A stretch of 37,373 nucleotides of DNA, from the IMG/VR virus record IMGVR_UViG_3300006737_000072, positions 1-37,373 of that record, one strand, 5' to 3'. The translations under genes were made by a program, and so were the position numbers. This stretch comes from a virus. Taxonomy: Duplodnaviria > Caudoviricetes. Of this stretch, positions 6,722 through 15,597 are shown piece by piece. The notes below the pieces were generated by a model. It did not search any database, was not told where the DNA came from, and saw nothing but the letters and a program-made list of their open reading frames with translations. Within the stretch, counting starts at the first letter, position 1, and each line of letters starts with the position of its first letter.

Positions 6722-8483
6722 TGAGACATTCCGCGAAGAGGTGAAGGCCGCTCGCAATTGGCGAGATAAGCACCTCATGCACTGGAAGGCGATGAAGGAA
6801 CGGTTTACCGGACCTGCCTACCGACACGAGAACTACGTCGAGGGGGCTGACATCGAGAACATCGTGGGCCAGTATGTATCACTGGTTCTTCCTCGTGTCG
6901 CATACGACTACCCCCGCATCCACGTTACGGCTGATGACCCCCAACAGGATCGTCGTGCCAGAGCGTTGGAGTTGATGCTGAACCAATGGTCCAAGCGTTC
7001 CGCCCTGCGTCCGACACTGCAAGAACTTGCAACTGATATGTGTTTGCTTTGGGGGGTTGGCTTGGTTACCCCAGAACCAGTGAAGCACCTTCGCCGCATT
7101 GACATGGGCGGAGCGGGCCTAATGCCACGGGTGTACCGGATTGCACCCGAGAACTTCTTTGTCGATCCGTCAGCGGAGTCACATCGTGAAGCCCGCTACT
7201 TCGGTCATGAGTACCCCATCGACATCGAAGACCTTGTTGCTATGGCGGAAGATCCTGAGAATAAGTTGGATCTTGATGTCGTGAAAGAACTCAAGAGTTC
7301 ATACGACACCTACCGCGAGAAGTTTAGAACTTCCGTAAAAGATTTGCCCGAACGCGATCAGACCATCATGATGGAGGTTTGGTGTCCTGAATTAGACATC
7401 GAAGGTGCAAAAGACGGCGTTCACCACGGTGGCCTGCTCAAGTTTGCCATGAGTGCCGAGAATGACATCGTCATGATTGGGGAGCCAATCCCTTACTACG
7501 GCCCCGCTTGCGGCCCGTACACCATGGTCGGGGCATACGAGGTTCCGTCTGACGTTTACCCACTTAGCCCAATGACTATGGCGTTGCCGCTGATCGAAGA
7601 AGCCAACGATCACGCCAAGACCATGTCCTACTCCGCTGGTGCATACCGACGATTGATTGCGGTTGACTCACGCGGAACCAAAATGGCCCAAGACATTGCG
7701 TCTACGCCTGACTTGTTTGTTGTACCTACCGAGAACTTGGACCGCGACCGCGTGGTTCCCATGGAAATCGGTGGGGTTACCCAGCAACAGATGGCCTACC
7801 AGAACATTATGTCCGCTCGCCTTGACCGGCTGACGGGCATGTCCGAAGTGATTCGAGGATCGGTAACTGGGGATGCCACAGCAACGGAAGTATCAGCCGC
7901 ATCGGCCTCTTCCGGTCTTCGGCTCGCATACATTCAGCGTCAGTTTGCTGAAGCCGTGAATTCCATGGCCTACAAGGCTGCTTGGTACGTCATCAACGAC
8001 ACTACCGAGTTGCCCATGGGCCGTGAGGCTGTCGAAGAAGGCATGCCTGCAAAGATGCCCGGCACAGAACTGGGCGTTGACCTGTCTGAGTTGACGCTTG
8101 ATGTTCAGGCGTACTCAATGGAGCGAACCTCCGAAGCATTGCAGCAGCGTCGTGCGGTTGAGTTGATGCAAATCATCGGCAACGTCGGGCAGCAGGCCAC
8201 GCAAATGCCGTTTATTGACTGGCAGCGAATGATGACTGTGGTCGGGGACGCGTTGAACATGCCTGACATGGCGGACATCCTGAACCTCGATGAACTTAAA
8301 CGTATGACCGAGCAGGCGCAACAAATGCAGCAGCAGCAAATGCAAATGCAGCAGGAACAGGCCGAGGCCAACGTCCAGCAGAAGCAAGCGGCTGCTCGTT
8401 CAAGAATGCAGCGTGGTCCAGCCGATGCAGGTACAGAAGCACGGAACCAAGAGCGTGCGGCTGGCGAAGGTGGTGGCTTTTAA
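6708..8483 (+). CDS. Portal protein (P22-like); probable GTG start at 6708
   Basis: Position after terL; about 590 aa; motifs YRIAPENFFVDPSA, RLTGMSEVIRG, DATATEV; Q-rich helical C-terminus; AGAGGT before the GTG. Confidence 0.88.
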   Translation: MLRIDETFREEVKAARNWRDKHLMHWKAMKERFTGPAYRHENYVEGADIENIVGQYVSLVLPRVAYDYPRIHVTADDPQQDRRARALELMLNQWSKRSALRPTLQELATDMCLLWGVGLVTPEPVKHLRRIDMGGAGLMPRVYRIAPENFFVDPSAESHREARYFGHEYPIDIEDLVAMAEDPENKLDLDVVKELKSSYDTYREKFRTSVKDLPERDQTIMMEVWCPELDIEGAKDGVHHGGLLKFAMSAENDIVMIGEPIPYYGPACGPYTMVGAYEVPSDVYPLSPMTMALPLIEEANDHAKTMSYSAGAYRRLIAVDSRGTKMAQDIASTPDLFVVPTENLDRDRVVPMEIGGVTQQQMAYQNIMSARLDRLTGMSEVIRGSVTGDATATEVSAASASSGLRLAYIQRQFAEAVNSMAYKAAWYVINDTTELPMGREAVEEGMPAKMPGTELGVDLSELTLDVQAYSMERTSEALQQRRAVELMQIIGNVGQQATQMPFIDWQRMMTVVGDALNMPDMADILNLDELKRMTEQAQQMQQQQMQMQQEQAEANVQQKQAAARSRMQRGPADAGTEARNQERAAGEGGGF

Positions 8484-8785
8484 TGCCGTCTTATGACTTC
8501 AAACGGGAGTCTGACGGCAAGATCGTGGAGATGTCTTACACGATGAGCAAGGTCCCAAGCATTGGAGAGGTCGTGACTGTCGAAGGTGAGAACTACACCC
8601 GGCTGGTGTCCGACTATCAGGTCTCGGCAGAGGTTGAGACCGTTACCCACGGCTATCCGTATGTGTCTCGCAGCATGCCGAAGAACTTGGCGGGCTGTGA
8701 TACCAACAAAAAGGGGCAACCCATTATCACAAGCCGCCGTCACGAGCGGGAAATCATGGGCCGACATGGCCTGAAGCGGGACTAA
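8483..8785 (+). CDS. Hypothetical protein with FmdB-like MPxYxF N-terminus but no zinc-ribbon cysteines
   Basis: MPSYDFKRESDGKIVE start; position after portal is typical for this family; TAATG coupling. Confidence 0.65.
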   Translation: MPSYDFKRESDGKIVEMSYTMSKVPSIGEVVTVEGENYTRLVSDYQVSAEVETVTHGYPYVSRSMPKNLAGCDTNKKGQPIITSRRHEREIMGRHGLKRD

Positions 8786-9666
8786 TGAGCGAAGAAACAA
8801 CCAACGAAGCCACAGAACCCACCGAAACCCCTGCAACTCCAGAGTTTACGCAGGCTGAAGACGCGGTATTGGACAAAATCTTAGAAGCACGCGAAGAACG
8901 GAGTGAACAAATCCGTGAATCCGTGCGTACAACAACAGAACCCTCGGACGAGGCTGCTAGTAACCCCACCTTGACACCCGAACGCCAGCGTGCGTTACGT
9001 CGAGCAAAGGTTCCTGAAAGCGTCATCGAGAAGTTTGGTGAGGATCAGGGACAACTCGTCTCTTGGGCTGATCAACTTCTTGAAATCCAAGGGAACGTAG
9101 ACGGATACGCCGAGCGTATGCGTGGTTTAGAAGAGAAAGTCGCATCTCAGGGCAACCAAACCCAAAGTGACACGCGGTCTGCGGAACAAAGCAGCGCACC
9201 TCAAGACGACGGAACCACCGAAGTCTCTCAATCCGAAGCGGTAGAAGGCGAAGCAGCCCCGGAAACCAAGCCGGAGCAGGTTCAAACTCAACCTCCAAGG
9301 AATGTTGTGGAGCAACTGATCGGTGAGATCACGACTCTGCGAATCGAACAGGCACTCACACCCTTTGACGGGGTTACTGATCAGGAAAGAGTGCAAGTCG
9401 TGCAGCGGATGACTGACATCAACGAGAAGTCTCCGGGTGAATTCAATGACATCGCTAGTTTGGTAAGCAAAGCGGTTGGTGATGTAATGGGCGACCTTCC
9501 AACTCCGGTGAATCCCGGCCCCTCTGGTCAACCTTCTACTCCACCTAGAGCAGTAACTCGGACAGAGCGTCCGACTACTCCTGACGAAGCCGACGAAGCA
9601 GCGTTAGACATCATCTTAAACGGTGGGACTCTTGACGATGCCAGACGTGCAGCGATGCGAAGATAA
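8785..9666 (+). CDS. Probable capsid scaffolding protein
   Basis: Acidic, helical/disordered, Pro-rich near the C-terminus; directly upstream of the capsid gene. Confidence 0.7.
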   Translation: MSEETTNEATEPTETPATPEFTQAEDAVLDKILEAREERSEQIRESVRTTTEPSDEAASNPTLTPERQRALRRAKVPESVIEKFGEDQGQLVSWADQLLEIQGNVDGYAERMRGLEEKVASQGNQTQSDTRSAEQSSAPQDDGTTEVSQSEAVEGEAAPETKPEQVQTQPPRNVVEQLIGEITTLRIEQALTPFDGVTDQERVQVVQRMTDINEKSPGEFNDIASLVSKAVGDVMGDLPTPVNPGPSGQPSTPPRAVTRTERPTTPDEADEAALDIILNGGTLDDARRAAMRR

Positions 9667-9671
9667 AGTCT

Positions 9672-9694
9672 GCCTCCCTAGTGGGGGCCTTTTG
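9672..9694 (+). promoter_or_regulatory. Short hairpin plus CTTTTG between scaffold and capsid genes
   Basis: Stem GCCTCC/GGGGGC followed by a T-run. Confidence 0.35.
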
Positions 9695-9714
9695 CACGAA
9701 AGCAGGAAACAAAA

Positions 9715-11112
9715 ATGGCTACATCCATTCGCAACTTCCTCGACTTCATGGACGCAACTGGCCCGGTATATCTGACCGGACCCGATGTCCTTATCAATGA
9801 AGCGGTGAAGCGTAATTACCTGTTCGGCGATTTGGTTCGTGAAAAGAATCAAGCCATCCAAGGTGGCAAAGAGATCAAAGATGTTTTGATGCTCGATGAT
9901 TCCTCCACGTTCCAGTATTACCAGCCGAACGAAACCTTTACATACTCAAACCCACAAGTCTTGTCCGACATCACCGCCAACTGGCGTTTCTCGATGGACC
10001 ACATGACTTTCACTGATGCTGAGATTGAACTCAACGTCGGTGGTGGGTTGACCCGTGAAGCCACCAAGACTGTCTACAAGGATCTCAAGCGATCCAAAGA
10101 GCAGCGAATGGTGACCTCCATGGTCAACGGTATGGAAGAAGGTTTGTTCAAGCCTACACAAGGCACTTCCTTCAACGACATGGAATCTTCCACTGGCAAG
10201 ACTCCATACTCCATCCCTGCACTCATCACTGAGAACTGTGTCCAAACCTCCCTCGACGGTGGTGGGGCTAATGGTCTCCGTGGTGGTATGCCTATCTGTT
10301 CAGACACCGCAGAAGGTGGTGCTGTAGGTGGAACCAACACTACCATTTTGGGTATTGCTCCCGGAAGCAATGATCGCTGGACCAACGAAGTTGTGTTCTA
10401 CGATTCCTCTTCCACTTTGGGTATGACTAGCGGCGTTATCGGTGCAACCACTGCATCGTTCAACAAAGCAAAGGTTGTTCAAGATAACACCACCGCTGGA
10501 GATTTCTCCGGTGATGGCATGGCAATCAATGAATTTACCGCCGTCAATATCTACGGCTTCTTGAATTCGTTTGACGAAATGTTCTTGCGTCTTCAGTACC
10601 GCCCACCAGCCTCGTTTGAACAATACTTTGAAAACATCGTGTTCAACCGTCAGAAGATTCTTTGCTCCCGTGAAGGTGTGAACCTTTACAAGCAAGCACT
10701 TCGTTCGGAAAACGACCGTCTGGTCAGCCCAACTGATGCTGCGTACAACAACCCTGCGTACTCCGGCATTCCGTTGACTTACTGTGCTGAACTTGACTCA
10801 GCCAAGATTTTCCCTAAGCAAAACGGTAACGGCGTTCATAATAAAGCCGCGTATGACGGGTTTAACTTGGATGCAACCGTAGGCACAACCGAGTTGGCGA
10901 CTGATGTCATCAACCCCGGCGCACGCTACTACTTCATCAACGGTGACTACCTCACCCCGGTTCTGCACGCCTCTCGATACATGGAGAAGCACCCAACAAT
11001 GCAGCACCCAAATCAACCGTTCACTCACGTTCAGATCACGGACTCGTGGTACAACGTGGTTGCTAACTCTCGTCAACGTCACGGCATTCTCGCGCCGATG
11101 ATTACGGCCTAA
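9715..11112 (+). CDS. Major capsid protein
   Basis: 465 aa after the scaffold; GGKEIK...FQYY...ANWRF pattern; YSGIPL, YYFINGDYL and SRQRHGIL near the C-terminus; codon choice consistent with high expression. Confidence 0.85.
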   Translation: MATSIRNFLDFMDATGPVYLTGPDVLINEAVKRNYLFGDLVREKNQAIQGGKEIKDVLMLDDSSTFQYYQPNETFTYSNPQVLSDITANWRFSMDHMTFTDAEIELNVGGGLTREATKTVYKDLKRSKEQRMVTSMVNGMEEGLFKPTQGTSFNDMESSTGKTPYSIPALITENCVQTSLDGGGANGLRGGMPICSDTAEGGAVGGTNTTILGIAPGSNDRWTNEVVFYDSSSTLGMTSGVIGATTASFNKAKVVQDNTTAGDFSGDGMAINEFTAVNIYGFLNSFDEMFLRLQYRPPASFEQYFENIVFNRQKILCSREGVNLYKQALRSENDRLVSPTDAAYNNPAYSGIPLTYCAELDSAKIFPKQNGNGVHNKAAYDGFNLDATVGTTELATDVINPGARYYFINGDYLTPVLHASRYMEKHPTMQHPNQPFTHVQITDSWYNVVANSRQRHGILAPMITA

Positions 11113-11131
11113 TAGGAAAAGGACAATTACA

Positions 11132-11608
11132 ATGGTAAATGCTTCCCCTACTCAAAGCCCTCTCGGTCTCCAGTTTGCCAAAGAGGACGTAGTTCTCGTA
11201 GCAGATGCAGCGGTAACAAAGGGTCAAGTTTGCAAACTTACTCTTGATACCAGCAATCTTGTCTTCGATGCTGCAACTCCTGCTGCTGCTGCTGACGCAG
11301 AACTTACTGCTGCTGGCAAATTCAACTTCTACGGCGTTGCCTTGGAAGATATTGCTATCACCAAAAAGGGTTCCTTCCGTCTGAAGGGAAAAGTTGAGGC
11401 TCTTGGTGGCGACACCTCGATTGCCCTCACTGCACTCACCTGCGATGCAGCAGGTGCTTTGCATGCTGCTCCCGTGGACCCCGGTGCTGACACCAATTCA
11501 AGTTTCCGCACTTTTGCGGTAGCACTTGAAACTCTTTCTGATGGCGGTTTGCATAACGTCATCTTTGATGGTCTTGGTGGCTTCGGCTTCGTCGAGGCTG
11601 CATCCTGA
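11132..11608 (+). CDS. Capsid decoration/cement protein (DUF2190-like)
   Basis: Ala/Gly-rich 158 aa after the capsid gene; AVTKGQV, YGVALEDIA and FAVALE motifs. Confidence 0.7.
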   Translation: MVNASPTQSPLGLQFAKEDVVLVADAAVTKGQVCKLTLDTSNLVFDAATPAAAADAELTAAGKFNFYGVALEDIAITKKGSFRLKGKVEALGGDTSIALTALTCDAAGALHAAPVDPGADTNSSFRTFAVALETLSDGGLHNVIFDGLGGFGFVEAAS

Positions 11609-11623
11609 TCTTTTGATCACTTG

Positions 11624-11658
11624 GGAGAGGGGGGCTACCGCCCCCTTCTCCTCTTCCC
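11624..11658 (+). terminator. Intrinsic terminator-like hairpin after the head genes
   Basis: 12-bp stem GGAGAGGGGGGC/GCCCCCTTCTCC, loop TACC, weak pyrimidine tail. Confidence 0.65.
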
Positions 11659-12423
11659 ATGGCACTTACCTACGCTGACGCTAAGGCCCACATATTGCTC
11701 GCTTGTGGTGGAGATCCCTCCACTACGAGTGCGTTTACCGTCCCTAAACGGATTGCCCAGATTCTTAACTTCGCGGGCCACCACCTTTACAGCCACGCTT
11801 GGAACTGGCGTGAGCGTACTGCCTCTAACCTTGACTTCACCACCAGCGACTTTGTTGTTCTGCCTGATGATGTCGGCACAATTATCAATGTGTTTCCCAA
11901 CGGCAACACCTTTCGTCGCGTGTTCTTGATTTCACCAGAGGCGTTCTCTCGCTTTGAGTCAGACAACCTGACGATCACCGACGCGGTGTTCTACGTCACG
12001 CTTGCTCGTGCTAAGCCGGGCAACGATGGTTCAGCATCTACCGGGCAGCCCGCACGACGGCTGGACATCTACCCAACACCCAGTACAGCCGAGTCAAACG
12101 CCCTGTCCATCCGTTACCGAGCAGAGTTTGTTGAGGTTGCAAGCACAGACGTTGATAGCACAACTTTGCAAATCCCAGTTGAGTCGCACGTTGAGGCTCT
12201 CTACTTGGAGTACGTCCGAGCCTTTGCTGAAGGTGGCGAAGTGGGTGACACCCTGCAACGGGTGGCAATGGTTGACGCTTCACCCCTGCTGCAAGAAGCC
12301 ATGCGTCGTGACGGCGTTGAGACCCCCAACTACGGGCCTCTTCCCATGGCTGTTCGTGGTCGCACTACCTCATACGGCGGCCTGAACTTCTTCCCTAACG
12401 GCAACATACCGGACCCATCCTGA
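11659..12423 (+). CDS. Head-tail adaptor / tail tubular protein A-like
   Basis: MALTY start, AWNWRER, VLPDD and LDIYPTP motifs typical of podophage adaptors; position. Confidence 0.75.
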   Translation: MALTYADAKAHILLACGGDPSTTSAFTVPKRIAQILNFAGHHLYSHAWNWRERTASNLDFTTSDFVVLPDDVGTIINVFPNGNTFRRVFLISPEAFSRFESDNLTITDAVFYVTLARAKPGNDGSASTGQPARRLDIYPTPSTAESNALSIRYRAEFVEVASTDVDSTTLQIPVESHVEALYLEYVRAFAEGGEVGDTLQRVAMVDASPLLQEAMRRDGVETPNYGPLPMAVRGRTTSYGGLNFFPNGNIPDPS

Positions 12424-12698
12424 TGGCAAAGAAGAAGACACGAAAGAAAGCAGTCTCCCTCTCCGTCAAACGTGGCGAGAAGTTGTCTGCATCACGGGGT
12501 GCTGGTCTGACCGCTAAGGGTCGAGCCAAGTACAACCGTGCTACCGGAAGCAAACTTAAAGCACCGCAACCGGGCGGTGGCAAGCGTAAGAAATCGTACT
12601 GTGCAAGGTCCGCAGGCCAGATGCGGATGCACGGAGTAAGTTGTTCTAAGACTCCAAAGAAGCGTATCTGTGCTGCGCGACGGAGATGGAAGTGTTGA
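12423..12698 (+). CDS. Small highly basic phage protein (DUF6321-like)
   Basis: GAGLTAKGRAKYNRATGSKLKAP, RKKSYCARS and ARRRWKC motifs. Confidence 0.8.
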   Translation: MAKKKTRKKAVSLSVKRGEKLSASRGAGLTAKGRAKYNRATGSKLKAPQPGGGKRKKSYCARSAGQMRMHGVSCSKTPKKRICAARRRWKC

Positions 12699-12699
12699 A

Positions 12700-13473
12700 A
12701 TGGGCCACGAGGTTGCGAAAATTGCTGCTATTTCTTGCACCCATGCCCCACACACGCCAAGCGAGACGCATCAATGGATACTGGACACGATAGCCAACAC
12801 CAAGGGTCTGACTCACTTCGTGCATTGTGGCGATGTCTTCGACGCACAAGCGGCCTCAGTCCATCCCGACGAAGCAGACCATACTCTGATGGACGAGTAT
12901 CGGCACGCGGCTTCATTCTTGAAGAGCATTCGCCAGAACTTGCCGGATGGGTGTCGATTGGTGATATGCGAGGGGAATCACGACGACAACATCAGGAGAG
13001 CGGACCCGAGACGGATACCGAAGGGGCTGAGAGAGAACGCCTTCTGGATGAACACGGAGTTTGCGGAGGAGTTCAGGCGGTGGCATTGGCGGCCCTACAT
13101 CAAATCTGCTGCGGGGTGCTACCGGGTCGGACAGGCGGTGTTCTACCACGGGTTCGATTGCGGGTTGACTTCGGACGAGTTGGAGGGTCTCCAGATGAAC
13201 AATGCGACTGGATGTCATCCCTTCCGCCTGTTTGTGCGTGGGCATACCCATCGGCCTCTTCCCCCGACGCAGATTGTGAGAACGAGGAAGGTTCCGCTCC
13301 CATGGTGGTGCATGAATGTGGGGACGTGCGGCCCTTTGAAGCCGGACTACATGACGAGGAAAGACACTGGGAGTTGGGGATCTGGCTTGGCTCTGATCGA
13401 GGCGAGGATGGAGACAGCCTCCCGGCTGAATGCGAAGGAATGGTCGGCGGAATTGAGGACGATGCCATGCTAA
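12700..13473 (+). CDS. Calcineurin-like metallophosphoesterase
   Basis: SCTH (motif I), GDVFD, GNHDD, YHG and GHTH motifs. Confidence 0.85.
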   Translation: MGHEVAKIAAISCTHAPHTPSETHQWILDTIANTKGLTHFVHCGDVFDAQAASVHPDEADHTLMDEYRHAASFLKSIRQNLPDGCRLVICEGNHDDNIRRADPRRIPKGLRENAFWMNTEFAEEFRRWHWRPYIKSAAGCYRVGQAVFYHGFDCGLTSDELEGLQMNNATGCHPFRLFVRGHTHRPLPPTQIVRTRKVPLPWWCMNVGTCGPLKPDYMTRKDTGSWGSGLALIEARMETASRLNAKEWSAELRTMPC

Positions 13474-13643
13474 CAGCCGCTCAGAAACTAAAGAATGATT
13501 TGCAACGATATGTCGAGAACTTCGCGTTGGAGTTTGACATGAACAAATGGACCGCAGCAGGTGTCTTAGAAGAAGTTAAAACCGACGTTCTGTTTGAGTC
13601 CGACTCTTGGCCCCAACCAGATATTGATGAGGACGACGAATGA
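13467..13643 (+). CDS. Hypothetical 58-aa acidic protein (MLTAAQKLKNDLQRY...)
   Basis: GAGG upstream; overlaps both neighbours; the protein-like tail of the 12735-13643 ORF. Confidence 0.7.
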   Translation: MLTAAQKLKNDLQRYVENFALEFDMNKWTAAGVLEEVKTDVLFESDSWPQPDIDEDDE

Positions 13644-13960
13644 GAACATTTAACCTACTTGAAGCAGTTTCTAGTAACGATCAAACCCCAGCCGCTGTTG
13701 AGTTACAAAAAAGTTACGGGTCCGGAAAAGGTCCGGGCATTACAGGCGTTGTAGCGTTTAAGATTGGAACCAGCAGTGCAACCCTAACGGTGTTTGGTAG
13801 TGCTGACGGAACAAACTTCTACACCATCAAGTCTGTTACTGAAGCCGATATGACCAACGATAACGCAGCGTTTACGATTGCTTTGGCCCCCTTCATGAAA
13901 GCAACAGCCACCGGCGTTGGCACATTTACATCAATGAAGGTTGACATCATTTCGGATTAA
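13640..13960 (+). CDS. Hypothetical beta-rich protein, probably virion-associated
   Basis: TLTVFGSADGTNFY motif; ATGA coupling. Confidence 0.7.
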   Translation: MRTFNLLEAVSSNDQTPAAVELQKSYGSGKGPGITGVVAFKIGTSSATLTVFGSADGTNFYTIKSVTEADMTNDNAAFTIALAPFMKATATGVGTFTSMKVDIISD

Positions 13961-13962
13961 TC

Positions 13963-14793
13963 ATGGGAAAGTGGACTCCATCTAACTTAAGTGCAGCGTT
14001 GTCTGCTTGGTACAAGGCCGACTCAATCTCCGGATCTGACGGTGACCCTGTGACTGCGTGGGCTGACTCCAGCGGTAACGGACACACCGCGTCACAAGCG
14101 GACGGGACGAAGCAACCAACACTCCAAACCAACGAACTAAACGGCTTGGCGGTGGTAAGGTTTGATGGCAGCAACGATATTGTGACCGATGACGGCATTC
14201 CAGCACTTAACGTTGGCACGGGTGATATCTGGCTTGCTTGCGTTTTCAAGTCAACTGACGATTCTGGCGCTCAGAACTTCTTTGAAAAAGGTCCGACTAG
14301 TTTTGGGCTTCGGTGTCTGTCAAAAGGCAATATGGAGATGACACTGGGTTCAACAACAAACACGCCGTTGCAGAATGTAGGCAACTGGAGTCGGACAGCG
14401 TTTGTGATGGCGACAGCCTCGCGTGTTTCAACCAATGCAAATGGGTTTGTGAACGGTTCACCCAGTACAACCACAAACCGAACCAACACCGTCAGCATTG
14501 ATAACTCAGACGCTTTTGACATCGGGGCACGAGCCGCTAATGGTGCTGGGGCTATGACTGGCGACCTTGCCGAAATTCTTGTGGGCGGGGGAACCATAAC
14601 TGGTGAACTTAGAAAGGTTGAGTCTTACCTGAATGACAGGTACGCAGTAGCCACGCTACCAAGCACTCACGAGTATTCAGATTTTGTCGCCGCCTTTGGC
14701 GTGCATGGTGTTCACAATCAAGATTTAATAGGGGAAATGGCACTCGATGTAGAAGGCCCCGTCGTCTCAGATACGTTAGCGGGGGCCGTATGA
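13963..14793 (+). CDS. LamG/concanavalin A-like lectin-domain protein
   Basis: AWYKAD, VTAWADSSGNG, LNGLAVVRFDGSND, GDLAEIL and VESYLNDRY motifs. Confidence 0.8.
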   Translation: MGKWTPSNLSAALSAWYKADSISGSDGDPVTAWADSSGNGHTASQADGTKQPTLQTNELNGLAVVRFDGSNDIVTDDGIPALNVGTGDIWLACVFKSTDDSGAQNFFEKGPTSFGLRCLSKGNMEMTLGSTTNTPLQNVGNWSRTAFVMATASRVSTNANGFVNGSPSTTTNRTNTVSIDNSDAFDIGARAANGAGAMTGDLAEILVGGGTITGELRKVESYLNDRYAVATLPSTHEYSDFVAAFGVHGVHNQDLIGEMALDVEGPVVSDTLAGAV

Positions 14794-15311
14794 CCGCCGT
14801 TGAATTTAACTTAGACAACGTTACCCAAGAGATTGAGAACTGGATCTTGAACTACCTTGACCACCCAAGCGAACACTACAACGGCATGAAGCCCTGCCCG
14901 TTCGCAAGAGAGGCTTGGATTAAAGACAAGTGCCATGTGTTGATCGGCGGCGAACACATTGTTCACCAGATCCTGCACACTTGGGACGACCAGTACGAGA
15001 TTGTGGTGGTTGCGATTGCAGAGGACGAGACCGAGGGTCTTGAGGAATACTGCAAGATGGTGAACCAAGATTTGGTGGAGTACGGCACCGACTTAGTGTT
15101 AATGCCATTCATCGCGGGCGACGAAGAACCCGATGATCCAGCACTCAAACCTGAATCATGGGGGTCAATTATTAACGAGGCGTACTCGTTGGTGTTTGTG
15201 CAGCGGTTATCCGTCGTAAATCGGATATCCGAGGTACTTGAAAAAATGGGCTACTACGACAGGTTGAGTCCTGAGTTTATGCGATACATCAAAGAAAGAC
15301 GAGGTTCATAA
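14790..15311 (+). CDS. DUF1415-like protein
   Basis: NGMKPCPFAREAW and FVQRLS...LEKMGYY motifs. Confidence 0.6.
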   Translation: MTAVEFNLDNVTQEIENWILNYLDHPSEHYNGMKPCPFAREAWIKDKCHVLIGGEHIVHQILHTWDDQYEIVVVAIAEDETEGLEEYCKMVNQDLVEYGTDLVLMPFIAGDEEPDDPALKPESWGSIINEAYSLVFVQRLSVVNRISEVLEKMGYYDRLSPEFMRYIKERRGS

Positions 15312-15427
15312 TGCGTGGACGTAAAAAAGCAATGGGTAAAAAAGTCGGCGGAGCGAAGAAAAAGGTTGGGGCCAAGAAGTTTGGTAACACCGCTTTTGGC
15401 AAGAAAGTGACTAAGCGTAAGAAGTAA
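15311..15427 (+). CDS. 38-aa Lys-rich peptide (MRGRKKAMGKKVGGAKKKVGAKKFGNTAFGKKVTKRKK)
   Basis: TAATG coupling at both ends; below the ORF track size limit. Confidence 0.75.
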   Translation: MRGRKKAMGKKVGGAKKKVGAKKFGNTAFGKKVTKRKK

Positions 15428-15597
15428 TGGCAAAGAAGAAAGCCACAAAAAAGTCTGGCTCTAAACCTTCAAACCCATCGCTGTATAGCCGGGTGAAGTC
15501 AGAAGCCAAACGAAAGTTTGATGTGTATCCATCTGCGTATGCAAATGCGTGGTTGGTTCGCACATACAAAAAGCGTGGTGGCGGGTACAGAAAATGA
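15427..15597 (+). CDS. 56-aa basic protein (DUF5872-like N-terminal part)
   Basis: NPSLYSRVKSEAKRKFDVYPSAYANAWLVRTYKKRGGGY; TAATG and ATGA coupling. Confidence 0.8.
   Translation: MAKKKATKKSGSKPSNPSLYSRVKSEAKRKFDVYPSAYANAWLVRTYKKRGGGYRK

Noticed and set aside
8310-8400. CAG-rich repeat at the portal 3' end
   Set aside because: Ordinary Gln-rich helical tail of P22-like portals.
12735-13466. 302-aa ORF 12735-13643 as an overprinted gene
   Set aside because: The N-terminal part is Arg/Gly/Ser shadow sequence over the phosphoesterase; only the last 58 codons have their own RBS and look protein-like.
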